This document shows positions 29,289 through 39,638 of a stretch of 64,000 nt of DNA, in pieces. How positions within the stretch are numbered: the first letter of the stretch is position 1; each line of letters opens with the position of its first letter. The stretch lies in the IMG/VR virus record IMGVR_UViG_3300027365_000010, positions 1 to 64,000 of that record; one strand, 5' to 3'. Origin of the DNA: a virus. The translations under genes and the position numbers were made by a program. The notes beneath the pieces were generated by a model. It was given only the letters and a program-made list of their open reading frames with translations. It searched no databases and had not been told where the DNA came from.

Positions 29289-31190
29289 TCACTGCCCTGC
29301 CATAAAGTTATCAAATTGGACGGTTTGTTCAAGTACTGTGTAGACATCATCATACATAACACTACCATCATCGCTCATGAAAGACGCGGTAGTGATGATA
29401 TTTTTAATCTGTCTACCATTGATGTTATATTCAGATAGTGTCTCAATATCATCGTCAGTGATATTATGTGAAACATTATCCAATAGGTTCTTCCAAATTT
29501 TGAATTTCACTTTACTAACCGGCTTCGTATAATGAATGGCGAAAGTGATTCTAGATTTGAACGCTTCGTCAAACTCATTAGCACGATTGGAAGTCAAAAA
29601 CATTGTGCCTGAATAGTACTCAATGAGACGTAGAAATACTGCCACAATAGCATTACGCTCGATATTAGTGCTGTCTCGCTTTTCTAGTGCAACATCAGCT
29701 TCGTCTACTAATAGGGTCGCATTCCAACGCTCAGCGTATCTCAACGAAAGCTCCATTCCGTGTTCAAGTTCTTTCAAACTATCGAACTCACTTATATTGA
29801 TTTTATATAGAGGGCGTTCAAGAAGTTCTGAAATAGCTTCTGCTGTCAATGTTTTACCAGTCCCCGGTTCACCATGGAGAAGGAACACATTACCACCACC
29901 CTTAGAATCAATGAAGTCTATACTATTTTGATTATGTGATACACTGGATGAACAAATCTTACGAATAATATTCTTTTTAGTATTGTCCATCTGAAGCTTT
30001 TCAAAGGAGTCCTTTCGAAATTCAATTTTCTCGATATTATTTTTATCCCCAACGAACCACTTTTTCCTATTCAGATCGTAACATAGGATAGTATTCACCA
30101 AGCACAGCAAGTCGTCGTCAGAATAGTCACCGTTGGCTTCTGTTACTGACCTGAAATTCTTTGATTGGTTATTGCTGTTGCATATAACGTCGATGCCGTG
30201 AATTGCGTATAGATTATTAAACAGCTCCACGTCATTATAATACAGAGCTTGTGAGTCAACGATGACTCGGCCATTGACGAAAATATCACGAGGGGCCATA
30301 AGTCCGGCTTCCTGCGCTTCACCAACGTATTTAACATATCGTTCAGACGAACTGATATAGCTACGATTAGTATTAATACGTTCTTGAATATCACTATCAT
30401 TAACAGGCTTGAACGGTAGTGTAGAAACGTTATATCGCTCTTTTAGTGGAATAGCAGTATGGACCTTAGCCCTGTTCAATTTTCCATCCTTTTCTACGTT
30501 ACATGGCACAGTCAGTAGCAGATATGGAGACTGCGCAAAGGGGAGTACAACATCTACCTCAACAGTTGATGTCCCAAGCTTACCATTTGTGAAAATATCA
30601 CAGTCAGTAAGATAGAGTACGTCATCATTTGTTCTCAAACTTTGAAAATACGTATACAGATTTACTAAGGATACGGTATCCTTGTCAAAAATATCTTTCA
30701 CAATATCTGTATTATTGTTCGTATAAGTTTTCACGAAATCCACAACGTCTTGATCGTCACCATATTCAAATACGCTCATGGACATTACTTCGTCGAAATG
30801 CTCTTTAAGAAAGTCGCTATTTACCGCGACAATGGTATCATGTTCATCATGTCTATTAAAAATAAAATATGAGTCCTCGGACTGTTTCTTTTTAATAGTA
30901 GGAAGGCGCTTAGACATAGGTTTCGTAAATCCTTCATCAGTAAAACAATACCATGTCGTACTAATGTCTCCATGAGTAAAGTTTACCTTATCTACGAAAG
31001 GTACATAACCTTCACATGAATATCTATCCATCATAGATTCATCAAATTCTTCAGGGAGATCGACATCCAAAATAAGATTATTGAATATGTTATTCATTAC
31101 AGTTTTTTGTTCTGATGTACAAGTTTTTCTTTTTATTGATTTGGTCATAGATTTCGCTTCACATTTAACAGGTTCGATTTTGGGACTCAC
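29289..31190 (-). CDS. classical AAA+ ATPase with a long N-terminal region
   Basis: LLHGEPGTGKT, LLVDEAD, LTSNR...DEAFKSRI. Confidence 0.9.
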   Translation of the reverse strand: MSPKIEPVKCEAKSMTKSIKRKTCTSEQKTVMNNIFNNLILDVDLPEEFDESMMDRYSCEGYVPFVDKVNFTHGDISTTWYCFTDEGFTKPMSKRLPTIKKKQSEDSYFIFNRHDEHDTIVAVNSDFLKEHFDEVMSMSVFEYGDDQDVVDFVKTYTNNNTDIVKDIFDKDTVSLVNLYTYFQSLRTNDDVLYLTDCDIFTNGKLGTSTVEVDVVLPFAQSPYLLLTVPCNVEKDGKLNRAKVHTAIPLKERYNVSTLPFKPVNDSDIQERINTNRSYISSSERYVKYVGEAQEAGLMAPRDIFVNGRVIVDSQALYYNDVELFNNLYAIHGIDVICNSNNQSKNFRSVTEANGDYSDDDLLCLVNTILCYDLNRKKWFVGDKNNIEKIEFRKDSFEKLQMDNTKKNIIRKICSSSVSHNQNSIDFIDSKGGGNVFLLHGEPGTGKTLTAEAISELLERPLYKINISEFDSLKELEHGMELSLRYAERWNATLLVDEADVALEKRDSTNIERNAIVAVFLRLIEYYSGTMFLTSNRANEFDEAFKSRITFAIHYTKPVSKVKFKIWKNLLDNVSHNITDDDIETLSEYNINGRQIKNIITTASFMSDDGSVMYDDVYTVLEQTVQFDNFMAGQ

Positions 31191-31201
31191 AATTATACTC
31201 C

Positions 31202-31429
31202 TTAATTAGATAGTTCTAGTTCAACAACATGGTAATCGCCTGATACATCATCAATTAGTACATATTTGCCTTGACTAACAACACTACTGACTAGCTTCTC
31301 AAGCGACGTGTTCGAATAGATAGGGAAGTTCATAGAGTAAACTTCATCTATCGTCCCATGATTCCTATACTTCCACTCAGTGGAAGCATTTGGATACCAT
31401 GAGTATACAACTGGAAGATGCTTATTCAT
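31202..31429 (-). CDS. hypothetical protein
   Basis: ATGA-coupled small ORF. Confidence 0.6.
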   Translation of the reverse strand: MNKHLPVVYSWYPNASTEWKYRNHGTIDEVYSMNFPIYSNTSLEKLVSSVVSQGKYVLIDDVSGDYHVVELELSN

Positions 31430-32313
31430 TTTATCACCCTATTGGTAATTTGTTTAATTTCTTGCAATGCCTGTTCGAACTTATCCACACTACGAACATC
31501 ATCAGCGCTTACAGTACCATAAAATTCTTCTAGACAATCCAATAGTAGTTGCTTGATTTTAGCCTCATCCGCTGTATGTTGTAAAGTCGATTTGGCATAA
31601 AGTTCGTCAAGAGTTTTTTCTTTTCGCTTGAAGAAATCCTCAATTTCTTCAATACTCCAATCACCGCGTCGTACAGACTTCAGCATTTCACGATGTGCCA
31701 TAGGATCGAAATCACCATGGACCAGAATATCTTCAACTTGGTTGATTAATCGAATGATATGATATCCAAATTTAACATCGTAGCCATATTTTTCAACCAG
31801 TTCTTTGCGCATACCTTTACTTTCTTTATGTCTTAGTTTTTTCATTTGCGCATATGCATAACCGCGATATCGATGCCATGCGCCTTTATGAAGGAACATG
31901 TGGCGGCTATCTTTAACCATATCACCAATTTTTGTACTATGTGTTACAGATTGTTGGCGAGTGAACAAAGAGTCTAACATGTTCGGGTTATTGTCCATAA
32001 GCAATGTAAAGTACGTCACAATACTGAAAATATTCAAGTCTATTTCTTTATCATATGCATTGATATGATGCTTTTGGTACTGCTTGAATGTTTCTGGACC
32101 TTTTTTACCAAAATTATAGATGTATCCTGCGGTATGTGGGAATACAATTCTCTTTGGTGGGATAGTAAACGCATAAATGTCTAGATCGGAATCGTCATTA
32201 GAAACACCATACGCTTGGCTTCCCATAATAGTTTCATATTGAACGTTTTCTAAAATATAAGGTTCAATATTCGTCACAATTTTGTCTCGATACAATCTCT
32301 GACTGTAATTCAT
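31426..32313 (-). CDS. pol-beta superfamily nucleotidyltransferase (RlaP-like)
   Basis: MGSQAYG.S...SDLD, NNPNMLDSLF, GYDVKFGYHIIRL. Confidence 0.85.
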   Translation of the reverse strand: MNYSQRLYRDKIVTNIEPYILENVQYETIMGSQAYGVSNDDSDLDIYAFTIPPKRIVFPHTAGYIYNFGKKGPETFKQYQKHHINAYDKEIDLNIFSIVTYFTLLMDNNPNMLDSLFTRQQSVTHSTKIGDMVKDSRHMFLHKGAWHRYRGYAYAQMKKLRHKESKGMRKELVEKYGYDVKFGYHIIRLINQVEDILVHGDFDPMAHREMLKSVRRGDWSIEEIEDFFKRKEKTLDELYAKSTLQHTADEAKIKQLLLDCLEEFYGTVSADDVRSVDKFEQALQEIKQITNRVIK

Positions 32314-32315
32314 TA

Positions 32316-33215
32316 TTAAACTCCGTGCTTTAATTTCATTTTGTTTATGAAATCTGAAAATCTTCTGTCATTAAAAATTTCACTAGGTATATCCCAAGGT
32401 GTATAATACGCGCTATTACACTTACAAAACTTAACGTAATTATCCCCGGTTTCTAGGGACGCTTTAAAAACCCTAATTTGGCCATAGAATGTTTTTCCTC
32501 TAAGGTCTAATGCAATAGAATATGGAGATATGCCATTTTTCTTTACGAAAGTAACCATAACATCCACATCCTCATCTGTCCAACCTTTGGATTCAATTCT
32601 GTTTTTACCAAATAGAATATTGTACTTGGAATACAGTGACTGTATATTGCCATACCACACAGATTGCTCTGTGCGACTGGGGAAGTGATGAAAATATTCT
32701 CTCGGATTCCTTACATACGAGCTATTCCAAAAATGACGCTTCAGTTCTTGTCGGTCCTCTTTACTTACATTTTGAAAAAAATTAAACTTTTCAGCAAACG
32801 TCTCAAGCGCTATATCGGAGGTATTGTTAGTAACGATCCATGATATCAAACATTTGGTTGTCTCAATATCGTATGTTTCTAACATGGCTATTCTTACAGG
32901 ATATTCTATTCGACCAGTAGATAGAATGTAATTAAGTAGTGTCAAATCTTTGTTCTTAAAATAAAGATGAAAACACGGTTCATAATTAAATAGCTGAATT
33001 TTCATATGAAATGGCAGTGCATCAAGCTCTAATGAAAAATCATAAAATGCCTGTTGATACAATTCATTCATTATGTAAACAGTGGAATTTTCATTCACAC
33101 TCATTGGTATACTATACCTAAGAACCGATTCTGGTATAGACTGTAAATATTCGACTATGGCCTCATCACTAACAGGATACCCAAAGAGTGTTGCGTTGCT
33201 TCTATAATTTTCCAC
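32316..33215 (-). CDS. hypothetical protein
   Basis: AGGAGG SD and own sigma70 promoter. Confidence 0.75.
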   Translation of the reverse strand: MENYRSNATLFGYPVSDEAIVEYLQSIPESVLRYSIPMSVNENSTVYIMNELYQQAFYDFSLELDALPFHMKIQLFNYEPCFHLYFKNKDLTLLNYILSTGRIEYPVRIAMLETYDIETTKCLISWIVTNNTSDIALETFAEKFNFFQNVSKEDRQELKRHFWNSSYVRNPREYFHHFPSRTEQSVWYGNIQSLYSKYNILFGKNRIESKGWTDEDVDVMVTFVKKNGISPYSIALDLRGKTFYGQIRVFKASLETGDNYVKFCKCNSAYYTPWDIPSEIFNDRRFSDFINKMKLKHGV

Positions 33216-33235
33216 TACTATACCTCCTGTGCTAT

Positions 33236-33264
33236 ATTCTAACGATGATGGAGGCTGTTGTCAA
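33236..33264 (-). promoter_or_regulatory. sigma70-type promoter
   Basis: TTGACA-17-TAGAAT. Confidence 0.75.
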
Positions 33265-33274
33265 CTAAGATAAT

Positions 33275-33296
33275 TAACGGCGCATACGCGCCGTTA
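33275..33296 (-). terminator. probable terminator after RNR
   Basis: TAACGGCGC-4nt-GCGCCGTTA. Confidence 0.65.
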
Positions 33297-33311
33297 GTCT
33301 AAGGTTCATGA

Positions 33312-35522
33312 TTAAAGCTCGCACTGTCTTCCCGAACATGCTTGCGCAGCCATTGTATCAACTTCGGTATATACCTGTGATTTTTTAGCGTTTATTAGAT
33401 CTGGGATTTTATCATTTTGTATGATAGTCATCCATCTGGAATTATTATAGCTATCTTTCAGATAATTACATATAGTTTTAAGACAACCATTGAAGTGACG
33501 GTCTGCTTGTTGTTTTATATTTTCAACACAGAGGTACTTTATGTATGAGATATTTTCTATATCCTCACCCCATCCTAGTACAGTATCACACGCTTTCCAT
33601 AAATCGTTGTCAAATACTCTAAGAGCAAAGTCAATCTGAGGCTTCATGAAATCAGGTTCATATCCGTAAAAGTCTAGAATATCCTGCGCTTCGAATACCT
33701 CAGTAAAAGGCGCTTGTGCGTATGCTTTGTCGCCCATCTCTGATAGTAATGAGACGCCTGTAAACCATTGTCTATTTTGGAATATAAACTCTTCCACTTC
33801 ATCCCAATCATCAACTGAGATAGTATTTGATACGTTATGACGTTGTGTGGGATCTACACACAACTCAACATTAGTACCCTCTTCTACCCAATAGCGCTGT
33901 GCTTCTAATACGTATTCGAGCTGCTTAACACCCATGACATCTTTTTTATAGATAGATCCTTCTGGGCTTATAATAGGGAAGCTTACAACCTTATCAGTCT
34001 TATTATTAGACCAAACGCTGTCTTGTACCATCTCTGGATTAGCATCAACAATTTCTTTCAAAATATCGCTTTGTTCATTCATTTGGACATTACGGAAATA
34101 CATAGGTGCATGTTCAGCATGTATTCCTGACGCACTACCTAGTATGGTACTCGTATTACCAGAAGGTTTAGTGCATGTGGTTCTTGATGCGACATTTATA
34201 CCAATAATTTCAGCAACAATTCTATTCCACTTTTTAACTTCATGCGCACCTTCAATCATATTGTCTTTATTGAAAAGTATATCAGGGTTATTCATCCACC
34301 CAGTTATTGAAACACCTAAAAGTGCTTCTCTTTCAACAATTCTCTTTGATTCTTCAGTCAAATATGTGAAGTCTGTATACCCAGCCTGTAGTGTTCCTAA
34401 AATACTTGCCGCTTTTGCCGCTTTCAATAAATCATCTTTTGAACGACATAACGCACCATTAATTTCAGTGAGATTACACATAGAAAAACCACTGTTCCCT
34501 GTAACTAAGTCATAAGAACGTAAGCCAATCTCACAACATGGGTTCATAAGCTGTTCATAGTCATCAACAAATACGAATCCGGGCTCACCAACCTGCTTCA
34601 CATTTTGGATAATTTCTTTCCACTCATATCTGGTGATCTCATCTCGTTTAATAACGACACTATTGTTTGATCGTCCACGTTGTGGGTTAGTCACAAACCA
34701 ATCGCCAGTCTTAGCAGTTAACATTTCCTCATCGTCTTTTGAAAATAAACAAATTGTAGCGCTTCTTCGTACACCACCTGAGAGTACTGCATCACTCATG
34801 TACATCACAAAATCATAAGCAACTATAGGTCTGATTTTAGTTATTAATTGCTTCGACAGTTCACCTTCCAAAAGGCTTTCACAATGCTCAATACTATTTT
34901 TAAGACCATCTGGTCCCGGTGCTTTAAATCCTCCTGATATAAATGCACCTTTAGGACGAATCTGACTATAATCAAATTCTACTTTATAACCAGAGTATTC
35001 AGGGAACGGTGCATCTTCCGTAACATATGACGATATCAGGACACCAAACGCATCACTCCAACCTTCAATGGAATCTGGTATAGTAAACGTCTTTGTTTTG
35101 TTGTGACGCTTTTTAATAGCCGGTAATTTACCTACATGATGCTTCTGTACAGAAAATCCGACACCCGCTCCACATAAAAGCATAAACATTGTCTCTTGAA
35201 AAAAACGTGGTCTATCACAATATGAAGCCGAACAGTTATACAGTCGAGTTGGATGTTTGATTAGTTGCTCCCCACCAAACTGCAACGCTCTCTGGGAACC
35301 AACTATCTTTTTATTTAAATAATAATCTTCAACAAAGTCTATCATTTTAGATAGCTTGTCTGTCATCTTATTTTTATAGTATTCACGATGCATGTCCATC
35401 ACACGATATACCGCGTCTTCCCATGTTTCGCTTCGGTCTTTATCATTTTGCCATCGTGAATAGTCCATATAGAATTTAGAGTCCGCCATTAATTTTTTGT
35501 AGTCTAAGTGCATGTTTTTCAT
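33312..35522 (-). CDS. nrdJ: ribonucleotide reductase catalytic subunit, monomeric class II (NrdJ)-like
   Basis: YNCS, GVGFSV, GGVRRSA, NPCCEI, CNLTE, KPSG, C-terminal CSGRQC; no NrdB in the window; class uncertain. Confidence 0.75.
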   Translation of the reverse strand: MKNMHLDYKKLMADSKFYMDYSRWQNDKDRSETWEDAVYRVMDMHREYYKNKMTDKLSKMIDFVEDYYLNKKIVGSQRALQFGGEQLIKHPTRLYNCSASYCDRPRFFQETMFMLLCGAGVGFSVQKHHVGKLPAIKKRHNKTKTFTIPDSIEGWSDAFGVLISSYVTEDAPFPEYSGYKVEFDYSQIRPKGAFISGGFKAPGPDGLKNSIEHCESLLEGELSKQLITKIRPIVAYDFVMYMSDAVLSGGVRRSATICLFSKDDEEMLTAKTGDWFVTNPQRGRSNNSVVIKRDEITRYEWKEIIQNVKQVGEPGFVFVDDYEQLMNPCCEIGLRSYDLVTGNSGFSMCNLTEINGALCRSKDDLLKAAKAASILGTLQAGYTDFTYLTEESKRIVEREALLGVSITGWMNNPDILFNKDNMIEGAHEVKKWNRIVAEIIGINVASRTTCTKPSGNTSTILGSASGIHAEHAPMYFRNVQMNEQSDILKEIVDANPEMVQDSVWSNNKTDKVVSFPIISPEGSIYKKDVMGVKQLEYVLEAQRYWVEEGTNVELCVDPTQRHNVSNTISVDDWDEVEEFIFQNRQWFTGVSLLSEMGDKAYAQAPFTEVFEAQDILDFYGYEPDFMKPQIDFALRVFDNDLWKACDTVLGWGEDIENISYIKYLCVENIKQQADRHFNGCLKTICNYLKDSYNNSRWMTIIQNDKIPDLINAKKSQVYTEVDTMAAQACSGRQCEL

Positions 35523-35677
35523 AGATATAGCCCTGTATTATTCATATGTAAATTGTGTATGTAGTTGTTTTTAAAAGAAAAATTATTCCCCATCTGTTTT
35601 GGTTATTCGAAAAAATACATTTATAAGGAATGTTCTGGATTAATATTTAGGAAGACTTGAGCTTGTTAATATGCACA

Positions 35678-35714
35678 TATAAATAACTAGTTGATTTATC
35701 TATAACTATAAATA
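35678..35714 (+). promoter_or_regulatory. tandem T4-like late promoters
   Basis: TATAAATA at 35678-35685 and 35707-35714 upstream of the neck gene. Confidence 0.75.
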
Positions 35715-35731
35715 AATACAAGAAAAGAAGG

Positions 35732-36757
35732 ATGTTGGTAATGCCGAAGATGAAATTATGGCGTAATAATAGAACAAATGATTTTAAATTTCAGGACAAC
35801 ATAATACGTGAGTTTTTTGAAATATCAGGTACCCAAGTTTACGTACATCGATACGTTGGCGTAATAGATGATGATGGGAATGTGAATGAGGATATAAAGA
35901 TCCAAGATCTGCTATTTATGGAATCACGTGACCGTAAATATGACAAAGACGTGATCGAAATGTGGGGCATATACCAAGTCTCTGATAATGACTTTGAACT
36001 TTCCCAGTTTGGCTTTTTTATGTCTGATACTCTATATCTAGACTTTCATCTCAATAGCATGGCATCTAAATTAGGACGCAAGCTTTCTGCTGGCGATGTG
36101 ATCGAACTCACACATCTACGTGACGATCTCGTAGAGGGCGAAGAGGGTGCAGTAAATGCGTTCTACGTCATTGAAGAAGGTCGTCGTTCGGCTGAAGGAT
36201 ATGGTCCCACATGGTTACCTCATGTATGGCGGGTAAGAATAAAGAAAATATTTGATAGCCGTGAATACAGTGATGTTCTAGAAAATATACAGGAAGAATC
36301 GGATAACGATGGTCTTTTAGATATTATTTCAAACCACAATCAAGCGACTAATGCAAACATATCTGCCGTTACAGAAGCCGAAGAAGAAGTTCCGTATAAC
36401 GACTATGTAGATGACTATATCTATCGTCCAGAATTAGACGGTGCTGAAGAAATGGATGATACCATTGATTTAGAAAGTGTTCCTAAACGAACATCATTTC
36501 CTGTAGATGCTGAAGAAGGCGACTATGTGATACGTATAGATTATAAACCGGCACAGATATTTGTGTTTCGTGAGGACCGCTGGGAACTAGTAGATCAGAA
36601 ATATTACCGCAATTGGTCTCCGGGTCATGAACATCATAAATCCTTTATTGAGAATGATAAAACATTTAATGATGGTGATCGTGGCGAGCGCCAAGAAGAA
36701 ACATACATTAGCAATCCAATTAATCCAATCGTAGACAATGATGATAACAATGAATAA
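35732..36757 (+). CDS. gp14: neck / head-closure protein (T4 gp14-like)
   Basis: QDLLFMESRDRKYD, LSQFG, GDVIEL; late promoter. Confidence 0.7.
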   Translation: MLVMPKMKLWRNNRTNDFKFQDNIIREFFEISGTQVYVHRYVGVIDDDGNVNEDIKIQDLLFMESRDRKYDKDVIEMWGIYQVSDNDFELSQFGFFMSDTLYLDFHLNSMASKLGRKLSAGDVIELTHLRDDLVEGEEGAVNAFYVIEEGRRSAEGYGPTWLPHVWRVRIKKIFDSREYSDVLENIQEESDNDGLLDIISNHNQATNANISAVTEAEEEVPYNDYVDDYIYRPELDGAEEMDDTIDLESVPKRTSFPVDAEEGDYVIRIDYKPAQIFVFREDRWELVDQKYYRNWSPGHEHHKSFIENDKTFNDGDRGERQEETYISNPINPIVDNDDNNE

Positions 36758-37565
36758 AACAATAAACGAGAAACTTATACAAACTCCACCAAAGACTCCT
36801 AATGAAGGTCAGGTAATTGTAATGGCTGGATCTGCGGGTTCTGGTAAAAACTTTTCAATTGATAATTTCACCGATATAGGTAATAAATTCAAAGTTTTGG
36901 ATATTGACGATTTACAACATCTTGTGGTAAAGAGCAAGGTTATATTCAAACGCTTCAGAGAATTTTTAGAAAAGATAGACTCGCCTTTCGCTGACTACAC
37001 TGACAGCGACTTACGTGATCCGAGTATTTTCCGCGATAGTGAATTTGTGGATACTATCTATGATTTTCTCACGGTGAATAATATACCAAGAAGTCGTTTA
37101 GACGTTTTCTTACGTACAAATAAAAAAAGTGAGAGATTACCAAATGTCGTTATCAATACAACTTTCGGTAACGTAGACAATGTAAAAAAGAAACTGCAAG
37201 TTTTGATGGATCATGGTTATAAGAAAGAAAATATAAACCTACTCTGGATATTAACTACCAAAGAAGAATCTATGATGCGAAACCTATCTAGAGAAAGAAC
37301 TGTTAAAGGGGATTATCTAGAAAAGAACTATGCCGAAACAGTACGTAATATGAAAGAGATTATTTCAAAACAGTCCGGTCTATTAAACACATATATCGAT
37401 GGTAAGATATGGGCCGTCTTTAATACGTCATTGTTAACAAGGTTTCACGATAATAGTAAGCTTGTTAAAGATTTCACTTATGTAACATTAAAAGACGAAA
37501 ACGGATGGAACAAAAGTGAAATCGAAAAGCTTAATCGTTGGATTTCAGGAATCGGACGGAGCTGA
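36750..37565 (+). CDS. P-loop kinase (zeta-toxin/AAA_33-like) with INE leader
   Basis: VMAGSAGSGK, RNLSRERTV lid; starts MNKTINE. Confidence 0.65.
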   Translation: MNKTINEKLIQTPPKTPNEGQVIVMAGSAGSGKNFSIDNFTDIGNKFKVLDIDDLQHLVVKSKVIFKRFREFLEKIDSPFADYTDSDLRDPSIFRDSEFVDTIYDFLTVNNIPRSRLDVFLRTNKKSERLPNVVINTTFGNVDNVKKKLQVLMDHGYKKENINLLWILTTKEESMMRNLSRERTVKGDYLEKNYAETVRNMKEIISKQSGLLNTYIDGKIWAVFNTSLLTRFHDNSKLVKDFTYVTLKDENGWNKSEIEKLNRWISGIGRS

Positions 37566-38133
37566 GTGTCTTCCAATGTCTCCGGCATACGGAGACATAC
37601 TTATCCTCAGATCCAATTTCAACCTGATTGCCATCCCTAACTACATTGTACTCAGAATCGTATCTTAAAATATGTGTCGCCTTAGACATACAGAAGCATA
37701 GTTGCTTAATTTCCTCTAATTTATCAGCATGTTGGAATAATTCACAACTACCTTCAAATAAGTTCCCAAAGCAATCAGTGCGTAACCCATAACATACTAC
37801 TGGGATATCCATAAAATCTACAATATCCGTAAGCTGTCTAATATTGTATTTGCTCAGAAACTGGGCTTCATCTACCACAATACATGAGGGTTCATACTCA
37901 ATGCTATTTAAAATATCCTGAATGGACTGGTCTTTAGCGTATGGTATCGCTTCTTGTTTAATACCCAATCGTGATTCTATGAAATACGAACCGTCCTCAT
38001 ATGAACGCATATCTAAACTCGATGTAAGCAAAAGCGTCTTATTATCGAATACACTGTAGTTATGCGCAAGTTGTAGTAGATGCGTACTCTTTCCTGCGTT
38101 CATTACTGAGTATACAAACTTTAGCTTTGCCAT
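37531..38133 (-). CDS. tdk: thymidine kinase
   Basis: YSVMNAGKST, VDEAQFL, YGLRTD, YVSVCRRHW. Confidence 0.95.
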   Translation of the reverse strand: MAKLKFVYSVMNAGKSTHLLQLAHNYSVFDNKTLLLTSSLDMRSYEDGSYFIESRLGIKQEAIPYAKDQSIQDILNSIEYEPSCIVVDEAQFLSKYNIRQLTDIVDFMDIPVVCYGLRTDCFGNLFEGSCELFQHADKLEEIKQLCFCMSKATHILRYDSEYNVVRDGNQVEIGSEDKYVSVCRRHWKTLSSVRFLKSND

Positions 38134-38606
38134 TGTTTTACTAAATCCATGAAAATTTCAATCTTATCATGATTGTTAAGAATATAGATTTCATAGTCCA
38201 TATTCAAACGCTTGATCTCATCCATGCTATCATCTAAGTTCCAACGCTTTTGAAATTCTTCATCATCACCCACAATAAACCGTACTTCTTTGATACCGTT
38301 CTGGCTTAATCTGTTGATACATGGAACACAAGGTGGATGTGTAATATATGCTACAGAACCTCGTACATTCTCAGTGCTGTTATAGATAGCATTTTCTTCA
38401 GCATGTATTGTCCTTGGATACTTTTTAGAACGGTCTTCTAGGAACTCTCTCGCATCGTCAGACTCTCTTGAAAAACCATTATATCCAAGTCCAACTGGGA
38501 CATTGAGATCATTAACCAGTACACAACCCACCTTTGTAGATGGGTCTTTTGAAAATGAGGAATAATATAATGCTAACCCTACAAACCTACGTTCCCATTG
38601 ATTCAT
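38121..38606 (-). CDS. dCMP deaminase
   Basis: SKDPSTKVG, HAEENAI, PCVPC. Confidence 0.92.
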   Translation of the reverse strand: MNQWERRFVGLALYYSSFSKDPSTKVGCVLVNDLNVPVGLGYNGFSRESDDAREFLEDRSKKYPRTIHAEENAIYNSTENVRGSVAYITHPPCVPCINRLSQNGIKEVRFIVGDDEEFQKRWNLDDSMDEIKRLNMDYEIYILNNHDKIEIFMDLVKQWQS

Positions 38607-39466
38607 GTTTTATCCTTTAATTTAACTCGTTTCAAAATAGTTTGTTTAACATTATCATAGACCTGATGTTTGTCAATGGTTCCCGAAATAGTGACATCTT
38701 CGCCTTCGTCAAGGCTCCAAGTATTCCCTGAATAAAATGTCACAATGAGATTTCCGCCTTCATCAATAAACTTGTAGAGATATTTCAACCCAAACCGGCC
38801 ATCGATTGGGGTTTTACCCATAACATGAACCTTCGTAACCAGTTTATCCCCTACTATTCCTACATATTCAGAGTTATCATAAGGTGATTCTGGGTATCCA
38901 TTTTCTTGAACATAGTAATACAACGAGTTAATGCACATTAGGGTGATGTTAGTTGGGTACTGATATGGGCAATCAGGGTTTTTACTCAAAATATATTTAA
39001 TATACTGTGGATCAATTTCCATCACTTCTGAAAATTCTTTGGAATGATATTTTCCAAATGTGAATTTGTTACTTTGAAAATGATCTTCAAAAATAATTAC
39101 ATTTTCTTCGATGATCCGATTACGTTCTTCCTCTTGACGAATTTCAGCTTGTTTAGCTTCCTCTTCCCGCTTCGCTTTGTCTTGTGCAATTTCTTCAGCG
39201 TTACGACGCTCAATCTCATTAAGCAAAACATCTGCATTGGTAGTGGACACAAACTCAATGCCATGTTTGGATGCATAATCAACAGCCTTTTCGATAGCAG
39301 CTTCCTTATTAGTTGAAAGGTTTTTTACATAAAATGTATCCATATTGGTTTTCTGCATTCCATTTTTTGCAGTAACAACTTCTTTATGGATAACCCACAG
39401 GGTGTACATGGATTTCTTCTCACCATAGGAGATAAAAGCAGAACGTTCATTCATATCCATCAGCAT
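38603..39466 (-). CDS. hypothetical protein with an FGKY motif and C-terminal OB-fold-like domain
   Basis: FTFGKY; SEYVG...VTISGTIDKHQVYDNVKQTILKRVK; TTGTAT-17-TATAAT promoter upstream. Confidence 0.65.
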   Translation of the reverse strand: MLMDMNERSAFISYGEKKSMYTLWVIHKEVVTAKNGMQKTNMDTFYVKNLSTNKEAAIEKAVDYASKHGIEFVSTTNADVLLNEIERRNAEEIAQDKAKREEEAKQAEIRQEEERNRIIEENVIIFEDHFQSNKFTFGKYHSKEFSEVMEIDPQYIKYILSKNPDCPYQYPTNITLMCINSLYYYVQENGYPESPYDNSEYVGIVGDKLVTKVHVMGKTPIDGRFGLKYLYKFIDEGGNLIVTFYSGNTWSLDEGEDVTISGTIDKHQVYDNVKQTILKRVKLKDKT

Positions 39467-39527
39467 AATATACCCCACCTTTCAATTTATGATGTTCACA
39501 TTATAACAAATGATGGATTCAAATACA

Positions 39528-39557
39528 AAAAAATCTCACCATATGGTGAGATTTTTT
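39528..39557 (-). terminator. rho-independent terminator
   Basis: palindromic AAAAAATCTCACCATATGGTGAGATTTTTT. Confidence 0.85.
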
Positions 39558-39630
39558 CAAAGAGTAGTTTCAGTGTCGGTTTTGTTCAGCCAATTGAAGT
39601 ATTAGAAGGATGACACTACATAGCTCTTTT
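39528..39630 (-). ncRNA. candidate late small RNA (about 100 nt)
   Basis: TATAAATA at 39636-39643, then nested stems AAAGAG/CUCUUU and AGUGUC/GACACU, then a terminator; no ORF. Confidence 0.45.
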
Positions 39631-39638
39631 AAACTTAT

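Noticed and set aside
39559-39629. Hammerhead ribozyme (CUGA and GAAA present on the minus strand)
   Set aside because: The CUGANGA core is not matched (CUGAACA) and the stem arrangement does not fit; kept only as a generic sRNA candidate.
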